From positions 2,016,001 through 2,080,000 of the forward strand of contig CAWAUV010000007.1 in NCBI GenBank assembly GCA_963785305.1: DNA of 64,000 nt, given 5' to 3'. Source of the DNA: an uncultured Planctomycetaceae bacterium. GTDB lineage: Bacteria > Planctomycetota > Planctomycetia > Pirellulales > PALSA-1355. Shown piece by piece: positions 1 through 9,075 of the stretch (the first letter of the stretch is position 1; every line of letters begins with the position of its first letter). The notes beneath the pieces are model-generated. The model searched no databases and was not told the DNA's origin. It worked only from the letters and a program-made list of their open reading frames with translations. Made by a program: the position numbers and the translations under genes.

Positions 1-243
1 CTGCTACACGCCGAAGCACGGCAGTTGGCTGAATGTCGCTGAAATGCGAGTTGAGCTGCCTGACCAGCCAGTGCCTTCGGGGCCGTCGCATCGGCGAACT
101 CAACGATCTGCAACGCGAAATCGGCATCTGGTCCGACAAAACCAACGCCAAGCAGCGCGGCGTCGATTGGCAGTTCCGCATCGAAAATGCCCGCACGAAA
201 CTGAAACGCCTCTACCCACAAATCAAGACTTGATGCCGCACTA
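1..243 (+). mobile_element. IS630-family element, right end only (3' part of transposase, 1-233)
   Basis: Reads CYTPKHGSWLNVAE/CELSCLTSQCL...VDWQFRIENARTKLKRLYP, a typical IS630 C-terminus with one frameshift near 43. Ends ...GCACTAG, with TA at 242-243 fitting the IS630 TA target. Confidence 0.85.
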
Positions 244-244
244 G

Positions 245-413
245 CTCGGTTATAATTCTCCCACGGGTCCAAAGTGCCCGCTCACCTTCGGGGAGCCAGC
301 GCTTAAACGCGCCCCAAACGACGGTCACGGGGACGTGCCCGGCCGCGTCGCGGAACAGTTCTGTTTCCATATACTCTGTCAGCGCGAGATTCGCGGCGGC
401 TAGCCGGGCAGAG
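245..413 (-). pseudogene. Gene fragment between IS630 and IS66, possibly the C-terminal winged-helix of a phage primase/helicase
   Basis: Open frame LAAANLALTEYMETELFRDAAGHVPVTVVWGAFKRWLPEGERALWTRGRIITEL is cut at both IS ends. The primase resemblance is by eye only. Confidence 0.3.
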
Positions 414-1523
414 GTAACTGTTAAGCATTTCCTCTTTCCCGAAATTGGGTTTTCGGTCACATTGACTGGATCATGGATGATCGAGATCGACGGATCGCCG
501 AGTTGGAAGCGGAAATCGCCCGGTTGCAGGCGGAGAACGGAACGCTGCGCAAGCGCGTCGAGCAACTCGAACAGCAAGTCCAAAAGTTTTTGCAGCGGCG
601 CAAGAAAACTGCTCGGCCATTTGCGTTGGGGCGGCGCTTTGTTCGAGCCGGTGGTCGACAAACTCTGGGAACTCTTGCGCAATTCGCCGGTCGTGCAAGG
701 CGATGAGACCGGTTGGCGGATCGACGGACTGCCCGCGTGGGCCTGGTGTTTTCGAGACACGCGCTTGGCATTGTTCCTGATCGATCGTCATCGCAATCGG
801 GCCGTGCTCGAGCGAGCGTTGGGCACATCGTTCGCGGGCACGCTGGTCAGCGATTTTTATGCGGTCTACAACGGACTCGACTGCCGCAAACAGCGCTGCT
901 TGGTCCATTTGCTTCGCGAGTTGCACAAGCTGCGCGAGACGTTGCCGGCGGCGAGCGTGCGGGCCTTCATCCAGCCGTTGATCACGCTGTTTCAAGACGC
1001 GATCCGGTTGGGCCACGAGCGCAAGTCGCTCGGCAAAAAAGCTTTCAACGCGGCCCGACACGAGATTCAAAACCGTTTCGACACGTTGATGCTCGAGAAC
1101 GCGCGTGCGGCATCGCGAATGTTTGCGAATCTGGCGGCGGCTGTTCAAGCACTCGGACGAATTGTTCACCTTCCTCGACGATGCGAATGTTCCGGCCGAC
1201 AACAACGGAACCGAACGCGACATCCGAAGCCTGGCGGCGGCGAGGAATGATGGCGGCACGCATCGGACCGAATGGAGCGCGGCGGCGTTCGCCCGAATCA
1301 AGAGCGTGATCGCGACCGGCGCGAAAAACGGTTTGAGCTTCGCAAGGTATGGAATCGAAGTCGTGCGCGCTAAATTGCAAGGCAAGACCCTGCCGCTGCC
1401 GATCACCAATAGCAGTTAAAACATCCGCCACGCGACCCATCCCCGGAAATTCCTCGCCCGCGATCCCCGCCAATATCGCCACCGCCCCCCCGCGCCCAGG
1501 CCACGCCACGGCTTAACAGTTAC
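414..1523 (+). mobile_element. IS66-family element (single-ORF type), internally deleted
   Basis: Perfect 13-bp terminal inverted repeats GTAACTGTTAAGC (414-426) and GCTTAACAGTTAC (1511-1523), starting with the IS66-type GTAA. No matching 8-bp flanking duplication. Confidence 0.9.
473..1419 (+). pseudogene. IS66 transposase (TnpC-like), deleted and frameshifted
   Basis: N-terminal coiled coil (MDDRDRRIAELEAEIARLQAEN) joins directly to the core with DETGW, LVSDFYAVY, QRCLVHLLR and ADNNGTERDIR motifs. Confidence 0.88.
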
Positions 1524-1616
1524 TTCAATTCGCCTCGGGGCTCATTGCCCCTGTCTGGTTGACAGTCAGCACTATTTGGAAACGCCCCTATCCGGGGGCA
1601 TTACCTATGGTGCGAT

Positions 1617-1925
1617 ATGTTGACCCTCTATTACGCAGCACAGTACATCGGCCGATCCTCCTCGGGGCTTCGTAGGCTGATCCAGTGCTCCCGATCCCAG
1701 TTAGCCGCTGGGCAGCCGCTCGTGAATAAGTTTCACGCCGTTGGCCTGCCGCACGCCCTCTTGGAATCTGAACGGCTGGACCCGCTCCAAGCCATTTCGG
1801 TCATCCCCTCTCAGGGCGACTCGTGCTGCCCATCTGCGAAACCCCAACGTCCTGGGGCGTCCCCAGGAGCCAGCGAATTTGATTCGTGTTGGGATTTGAT
1901 GGGCAAGAAGAAGGGACACAACTGA
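1617..1925 (+). CDS. Possible degenerate excisionase/AlpA-like HTH protein
   Basis: N-terminus MLTLYYAAQYIGRSSSGLRRLI resembles HTH_17/excisionase starts. The rest of the ORF is not recognisable. Confidence 0.3.
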   Translation: MLTLYYAAQYIGRSSSGLRRLIQCSRSQLAAGQPLVNKFHAVGLPHALLESERLDPLQAISVIPSQGDSCCPSAKPQRPGASPGASEFDSCWDLMGKKKGHN

Positions 1926-1926
1926 C

Positions 1927-2400
1927 ATGTATGCTTGGTGGCCGAAACAAGTTCCGACAGATTTAATCCCCGCCATCCGTAGTTTGGGAAAAAGGAAGCA
2001 CTTCGCTGGGATGCCCCAGTCCAAATCAGGGGAGTTTATTCAATTTGAATTTCCTGGGCCGAAGCCCGGATATTCATTGGATGAACGGCGAGCGAGCCGG
2101 TTTGGACTTCCAAATGGCATGTTGTGCCTGTCAGCCATTCTCGCAGAAGGTCCGAAGCTATTTGAAATTCCCGGCGATATGGTCGCTGACCTAAATCAAA
2201 TAGATATTCCACTCTCTTTTGATGAATACTGCCAGCCGTTTCCTGCCCTCATCGTCAAGTGTGGCAACGAATATCAGTACGTGGTTCATGACACCACGGA
2301 TAAACTTCTCGTCCTCAGCACTTTTTTGGACGCAAAGAATGATCCGAACGCGGACATCTATTGTGACCATTTGGGCTGGGCTGCGATGAGCGGCAGAACA
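1927..2400 (+). pseudogene. Hypothetical island protein truncated by IS1380
   Basis: More AT-rich ORF with protein-like composition that runs into the IS1380 terminal repeat at 2401. Confidence 0.5.
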
Positions 2401-3924
2401 CTAGACCTTAAACAAGCGTACGCGGTTGCGTTTTGCGGCGGTTTCGCGCGGCTGGCGGTGCGCGCGGCGTGAGCGGGCGGCGCCGGCGGGCGAGCTACTC
2501 TCGGCGGCGGGTTTTTGTTTGGCATTGGCGGTTGGCTTTCCTGGTTCGGCGTGGCGGCGGACCGGAGCGTCCGGACTCCGGCTTCAATTGATCGGCGTCA
2601 ACATCGCAGGCCGTCCAGCCAGCGAAACAACACGACTTGCCAGCGATTCCAACCCAACAAACGATAGATCAATCTTCGCCCGCCACGCACGATTTGACAT
2701 GGCATCCGAATGAAAGCGTTGCGGAATGTCTTGAACTCCATCTTGAGCACCGTCTTCTTTTCCTCGCGCCGGAGTTCTTGTTCGCGGCCCGGCGGCTCGG
2801 GCAAGAGCAAGGCCCACCACGCCTTCAGGTTCCAGGCCAGCGAGACCATCACCATGTAGGCCCAGTTGCTCACCAAGTTGTCGACCGGCGCGTGCAAGGC
2901 GCGCACCGCGCCTTTAAGCTGCGCGTTCAGGTTCTCTTGATCGCAGCGGTCGTTCGCCTCGAACACCACTTCGGCCGGCGTGAGCTCGCGATCGTTCGTC
3001 AAGTAGAAGAAGTAGCGATAGCTGGAAAACAGCGTCCGCTGACCTTGGTGCTCGTCGATCCACTTGCGCACCACCACCAGGCGATACACCTTCTTGCACG
3101 CCGTGGGTCGATAATCAAACTCGGCGACCTCTTCGCCCACCAGCCGCAGGTTCTTGAATTCCCGCTCGCGCACGATGCCTTGTTTAACGTTGGTCGGCCG
3201 CGCCTGGCCGCCGGTGGGCGCGAACACGCCGTCCATGTCGATGCGGGCTTGGGCGAAGAACTCGGCGGGCTGGCGGGCCCAAGCTTTATGTCGTGTTTCG
3301 TGGAAAGCTTCTTGCAGCGCGCGCACGTCGCTCGGCGTGAAACGGCGGCAGAAGTCGCCCGCCGTGGTCGGGTCGGGCACGCGCCGGGCGCCGAGCGCGT
3401 CGAGATAGACTTCGTCGTTGCGGCGCAGTTCGAGGTCTTCCAGGCAATCGCCGTCGCACAAGGCGTTGAACGCTAGGTTGAGCACATGATCGCTCTCGTG
3501 ATATGGCAGATGCACCTTGAGCAGAATGCAATCGCCGATCGATCGCTTCGGCCAGCCCCAGTTCTTGGACCAGCAACCGCATCGCGCCGAAGCCGCCATA
3601 AGCCATGCCTTGCGCGCGCTCCGCAAGCTCATACTTGATATTGCCGGGCCGCATGATCGGGCGTCGCAACCCTCGCAGTTGTGCTTGTCGATGCGCCGCT
3701 CGACCCGCCGCTTGCATGCGGCGAGACGTCGGCGTATCTTGGCCTGCGCCCTTTGACGCTTGGCCCGCGCTCTTTGGTTCTTGGCTTTCACTCGAAATCC
3801 CTCGGTGGCCACGGTGTTCGCGTTTGGCAAAAAACACAGAATACCGCAAATCCGCCGAGGGATTTCGCTTTTTCCAAAAACCTCCCCGCCCACGCCCTCA
3901 AAGGGATACTGGTTTAAGGTCTAG
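2401..3924 (-). mobile_element. IS1380-family element, internally deleted
   Basis: Terminal inverted repeats CTAGACCTTAAAC (2401-2413) and GTTTAAGGTCTAG (3912-3924). CTAG could instead be the duplicated target. Encloses an IS1380-type transposase. Confidence 0.88.
2598..3790 (-). pseudogene. IS1380 transposase, frameshifted and lacking part of the catalytic core
   Basis: Motifs LLKVHLPYHESDHVLNLAFN, PDPTTAGDFCRRF, ANDRCDQENLNAQLK and NWAYMVMVSLAWNLKAW. The start is approximate. Confidence 0.85.
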
Positions 3925-6685
3925 CGGGCAGCTTCGGCAAAGTCGCGCCGCTCGCGCATCAAGTCGGTGTATCGTTTGAGGAAACGGCGGCAGCATTCGC
4001 GACGCTGACGCAACGGGGCATTTCTAGCGACCAAGCGGCGACCGCTATTCGTGGGACGCTAACGTCCCTGCTCAAGCCGACCGCCGAAATGACGGCCCAT
4101 CTGCGCGAATACGGTTTTGAAAACGGCCAAGCCGCTATCGCGACGCAAGGGCTTGGCAAAACGGTCACGGGCATTCTCGATGCGACGCATGGGCAAGCTG
4201 ACGCGCTCGCCAAGCTTGTTCCGAATGTTCGCGGGCTTGCTGGCGTTCTCGGCGGCTTAGGCTCGACCGACTACGCGACGAAACTACAAGAAATCAAAAG
4301 CGCGACCGACGATCTAAGCAAGACCGAGGGGCTTTCGGTTTTGGGGACCGAAGCCCAAACGGTCGCCAAGCAGCTTCAGCAATTCCAAAACGTTTTGACC
4401 GTCGATCTTGGCGGCTCGATCGTGCATTCTCTCGCCGAAGTCACTAACCTGACGGGCGGGATTTCCACGCTCCGCGATGTTGCGTCGGGCGCTGGGCCAG
4501 CGCTGCTCGGCACGGCGGCCACGATCGTCGGCATTAAAACAGCTTCCGCATCGTCGGCGCTCCAGGTTGCCGGCCTATCGAAAGCCTTGGGCGCTCTTGC
4601 GCTCGTTCCCGTTGCGGCAGGCGTCGGCGAATCCATCGGCAACCTTATCAACTCGCAGCTTTCCAAGCGCGCGAACGAAGCGCTGACGGCCCAACAGTCG
4701 GCCGACACAAAAGAGCTTGATTCGTTCCGGCGAATGCAATCGGAGCGCGAGAAGCTGGAAGATACCGCCGATGATGAGCGCGTCACGGCAATGAATGCGG
4801 CGGTCCAAAAGATCGCTAGCGGCTACCTTCGCGAAGTCGATGCGGCCAAAAGCGCCAACGATTCGTTGGTCGCGGACGCGCTTCGGACCGCTGAAGAAAT
4901 CGCTAGCGTCCGAAGTCGCTTCGCCAATGAAGCGGCCAAGCGCGAGGCGGATTCGCACGAACAGACAGCGCACGGCCAGCGCACGATTTCCAGCTTACAA
5001 CAGCTTCAGTCTGACCGAGATTTTAATAAGTCGCTATCGGGAAAGAGCGCCACCGATCAAGGCCAATCGTTGCTCGCCCGCGCGCTCAAGGAATCCGAAG
5101 AGGCGACAAGCCAGCTTGCCCAGGCGATTCGCACGGGTAATAAAGAGAAACAGTCCGAAGCGGAACGACTTTTCAATCATGCCCAGGGACTCGGCGAACG
5201 CGCCAGTCGATCGGCGAGCATTCGCGAAGCCGCGACTTACAGGATAGCGCGGCGGGCTATCTCCGCCGCATCACGCAAAACCAAATCGAAGCCACGCGAA
5301 CAAAAAGCCCGCTCGGCAATGCGTCGGCGCAAGAGCATATTGCGGCCGAGATTCGCGCGGCGGCCGATACCCTGAAAGAGAATCTTTCGTTATTCGACAA
5401 GTCGGGACAACGCTACTCGCCCGAACAGCAGGCATCGCGGGGCAAGCTTGCCCAAAACGCGCTCAACACGATTGCGTCGCGCGGCTTCTCTCATAGCGAC
5501 GTGGCCGAATCGCAAAGGCTGGGCCTTGGCAATTTCGTCAAAGAGCATCGCTACGCGCTTCAGCAGCGCCCGACCGACTTGAAAAGCAACACTGAAAGCG
5601 GCCTAGCAGCGATCAGCAAGCAGCTTGCCGACGCATTCGGCACGTTCAAAGGCGGCTCGCCCATTGACGTTGACGCGCTCGGCAAAGCCGTCGGGCGGCA
5701 ACTCGATTCGCCCGCGCAAGTCGTGGAAGCCACTCGCCAGCTTGAGCAGACCGCCGCGAGTTTGCGAAGCCAGATTACCGCCGCTCAAACGAGCGGCAAG
5801 CAGGCTTCCCAACTCGACAACCAAATCGGCATCGCGCGCGGGAACATCGACGCGCCAGGCCGCGCGGCGAATCGCAATGCCTTCCCCGGCGCGGAAAACG
5901 ATGCGCTGCGAAAAGAATTCGCGTCGGTCTTGGCCGAGTTTGACAAAGTGCGCGCGAATCCCAACGCCAAGGCGGGGGACGTTACGACGCTGTTTGGCCA
6001 CGCGAACGCGCTAAGCAGCAAGGCGCACAGCAGCCTGACCGGGCGGCTGGGCTTCGGCGGGTCGCTAGAGCAACTCGCGCAAGGCGTCGGCCTACTCGGC
6101 CAGCGCTCGCAAGCGCAAGGCCAAGCGGGCAATCTTAGCTCGCTGACAACCCAACTCAACCAAATCGAAGCGGTGTTGCAGCGATCGTCTACCGGCATCG
6201 GCACGGCCTTTCAGCGCACGGCGCTCGATATCGGCGCATCATCGAATTCGGCCCGACAGTTTTCGTCCGCAACCGCAAACGCCGCTATCTCCGCCGCCCA
6301 GCTTGGGAGCGACTTGGAGTCGGCGGCGGCGTCCGCCGCCGCCGGGAGTATCGCTTTGCCGAGCAGCGAAGGCGACGATGAGTTATCGACGGGCGGAATG
6401 GTCCGCAAGTACCTCGCCACGGGCGGACCGTCAGGGACGGATACAGTCCCCGCGATGCTCTCGCCCGGCGAGTTCGTTGTGAATCAAGGCGCAACATCGC
6501 GGTTTTTTAGTCAACTGCAAGCAATCAATGCCGGCAGCGCGCCAGCGTCGTCGTCGTCATCGTCGGTAACGAACCATTTTCATGGCGGGGTTAATATCAG
6601 TGGCGCATCGAGTCCACAAAAAACGGCGAGAGCGGTTATGAGCGAAATCAATCGCCAGCAGCGAAGAGGGACGGCCCGAATATGA
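3925..6685 (+). pseudogene. Phage tail tape-measure protein (TP901-like core), 5'-truncated by IS1380, with frameshifts
   Basis: EETAAAFATLTQRGISSDQAATAIRGTLTSLLKPT core, a long Ala/Gln-rich helical body (ORFs 4089-5375 and 5501-6685), and the typical C-terminal GGPSGTDTVPAMLSPGEFVVN motif. Confidence 0.8.
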
Positions 6686-6727
6686 GCGCGAGAATAAACC
6701 TGAGTGAGCCTTTAGGGCCGGGAGCGA

Positions 6728-7277
6728 TCATCGCTCCCGGCCCTTTTCCATTTGCTCCCGCAACATGCGCCGAGCACGGCGAACACGCTCGCGGTAACAG
6801 CGGATCGAGATACCCAGCCTACGCGCGCCATCGGCATCGCTTAAGCGGTCAAAAAACTTCGCCTCCATCACCACATGATATATCGGCCGAAGCTTCGCGA
6901 CCGCCGCCCGAATTTGTCGATTGCGTTCGGCATTCGAGGCGGCGGCGTCGGGCCGGGACTCGCGCGTATCCCGGATGATATCGCGGGCGGGGAGCGGGGC
7001 GTCGGGGTGGCGCGTCCGGTAGCGCCGTCGGTCGATGCAGGCATGCGCGGCGATAGTACAGAGGTACGGGCCGAGCGGCTTCGCGCGGTCGTATTGATCG
7101 AGTCGCATAACAACGGTCGCGATAGCGTCATGCGCGATTTCCCGTGCATCGTCGGCGCGAGCCTGGAAGCATCGGGCGACGAACGCTTGAACGCCCCCGA
7201 TATGACGGTTGTAGAGGGCAGTGAAATAGTCCTGCGCCCGTGGCTTGGTAGGCGTCGATCAGTTCGGCGTCAGTCAT
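6728..7277 (-). CDS. ECF-type sigma-70 factor (frameshifted)
   Basis: MTDAELIDAY start, region 2-like YDRAKPLGPYLCTIAAHACIDRRR, and region 4 HTH LSDADGARRLGISIRCYRERVRRARRMLR. Confidence 0.75.
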
Positions 7278-7375
7278 GTTGCATTCTCTGAGGTGTTTAT
7301 TTGAGCTACACCAAAGAATGCAACACGCTCGCATGCGCGGCAAATTGCTTTCAGTCGCCCGAATCGCGACAATCG

Positions 7376-7412
7376 TTACGCAAAGATTGACGGGGCGACA
7401 ATCTTTGCGTAA
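7376..7412. promoter_or_regulatory. Perfect 14-bp inverted repeat with 9-bp spacer (operator or recombinase site)
   Basis: TTACGCAAAGATTG-acggggcga-CAATCTTTGCGTAA, about 100 bp upstream of the sigma gene. The structure is certain; the function is inferred. Confidence 0.6.
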
Positions 7413-7686
7413 TTAGCAACACGAAACCCCGCCCGAATCCGTGATTCCGTGGGCGTGTTGCGGGCCGGCAACGAACCCTGTCATTTTCTTAGGGCAGCCG
7501 GCTGGGCGGATTGTCGCGGTTTGGTCGCCCAGGCCCCGATGCAGAGTTATGCAGAGTTCGGGAGCCAAAAGGGCCTAGGTTGACGTTGCTGGCGTGGTTT
7601 GACAGGGGCGGTTCGGCGATGTAAAGTTGAGGTAATCTGCTCGAAAACCTCGGCATTTCCAGGGTTTTTCGGCCTTTTCTAAGAAC

Positions 7687-7760
7687 TACCCCCGGCTGGA
7701 CTCGAACCAGCAGCCCTCCGCTTAGAAGGCGGATGCTCTATCCGATTGAGCTACGGGGGC
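7687..7760 (-). tRNA. tRNA-Arg(UCU), CCA not encoded
   Basis: Acceptor stem GCCCCCG/CGGGGGT, anticodon arm TCCGC-CTTCTAA-GCGGA, T arm GCTGG-TTCGAGT-CCAGC. Confidence 0.97.
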
Positions 7761-8027
7761 ATGGGTGTCCCGCAACCCAATATAATGGCTTCCGGCGGTC
7801 CGGAAAGGGCCAGGTATGAGGGCTGACCGCGCGAGGCCGGCTTCCACGAAGGCCCGGCGAGCGAGCGAAGGCCGGCCGCGCGAGGCGTTCCCATGCAATA
7901 ATGCGTCGGCGCTTGGCCGAAAGAGCGTTCTGCGGGGCGGCAGCTTGTTGGATCGTCCGTGGCCGCGTCTTCCTTCGCTGGCGCTTCAGGCTTCCATCGT
8001 CGCGATCGCTCGCGCTTCTTCGAGCGA

Positions 8028-8822
8028 TTAATACGCTCCGCGGCGGGAGAGCACGCTGCCGGGGGTTTTTAAGAGCAGCAAGAGATCGACGCGCAGCGAC
8101 TGGTGCTTCAGATACCACAAGTCCATCCGCACCCATTCCTCGAAGCCGATCTCCGACCGCCCGCTCACTTGCCACAAGCAGGTCAGGCCAGGCTTGATCG
8201 CCAACCGGCGACGTTGCCAGGCCGCGTAGCAGGCCACCTCGCGGGGCACCGGCGGTCGGGGACCCACCAGCGACATGTGGCCCAGCAGCACATTGAAAAG
8301 CTGCGGCAATTCATCGATGCTCGTCGAGCGAAGCCAACGGCCAATGCGCGTGATCCGCGGATCGCGGCGATTCTTGAAAATCGGCCCCTCGTGCTCGTTG
8401 GCCACTTCGGCCTGGGCCCGCTCGGCGTCGAGCCGCATGGTGCGAAACTTGAGCATGGGAAACGCCGTGCCTTGGTGCCCGACGCGAGTCTGCACATAGA
8501 TCGGCCGGCCCTTGGTCGTGAGCAGCAGCACGAGATAGGTCGCGAGCATCACCGGCGAAAAGAGCAAGATCGCGACGAGCGCGCCCACGATGTCGAGCGC
8601 CCGTTTGGCAAACAGATAGCCGAGCTTGCGATTGCCCTCGGCCGGCACAAACGGCTGCCCGGCAAGCTGCCGCGCGAGGGCCAGCGAGCGAGTGGGCCGG
8701 GAGGTGGGGCCGCGCGAGCCGCGGCGCAGCGCCACGTTGCCGCCGAGCAACATCCGCCGTCGTTCGTAGAAAAAGGGAGACGCGCCGCTGTCGCCAAATG
8801 GCGACCGATTTCCGCCTGTCAT
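8028..8822 (-). CDS. Sugar transferase (Bac_transf, undecaprenyl-phosphate phosphoglycosyltransferase)
   Basis: KRALDIV, KFRTM, DPRITRIGRWLRSTSIDELPQLFNVLLGHMSLVGPRP and KPGLTCLWQVSGRS motifs. Confidence 0.93.
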   Translation of the reverse strand: MTGGNRSPFGDSGASPFFYERRRMLLGGNVALRRGSRGPTSRPTRSLALARQLAGQPFVPAEGNRKLGYLFAKRALDIVGALVAILLFSPVMLATYLVLLLTTKGRPIYVQTRVGHQGTAFPMLKFRTMRLDAERAQAEVANEHEGPIFKNRRDPRITRIGRWLRSTSIDELPQLFNVLLGHMSLVGPRPPVPREVACYAAWQRRRLAIKPGLTCLWQVSGRSEIGFEEWVRMDLWYLKHQSLRVDLLLLLKTPGSVLSRRGAY

Positions 8823-9075
8823 GATGCTGCCACCCCAAAAGTCACGATGCAAGATCACGATGCATCGCAACGGAAAAGCAACAGGCGTGCCACAATGCCT
8901 CGCAAGCCCGGGACTGGGCTCGCGGGCGAGCGCCAACTTCAAATCGAGAGCAGCTTTATCGGCCCCCGGCCGCTGGCGACTCGCGAGGTCGGGGCCCGGC
9001 GGCGATGTTGCGAAATCGCAGCGCCGGCGTTGCCGACAAACAGCGGCCATCGAGAGATGGCCCCGGTCGGCGCGA

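Larger units (their letters stand above)
1..7686. mobile_element. Decayed prophage/satellite-like island at the tRNA-Arg 3' end, extending beyond the window start
   Basis: Phage-type gene, three ISs, and position immediately 3' of a tRNA. Integrase and second att copy are not in the window. Confidence 0.65.
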
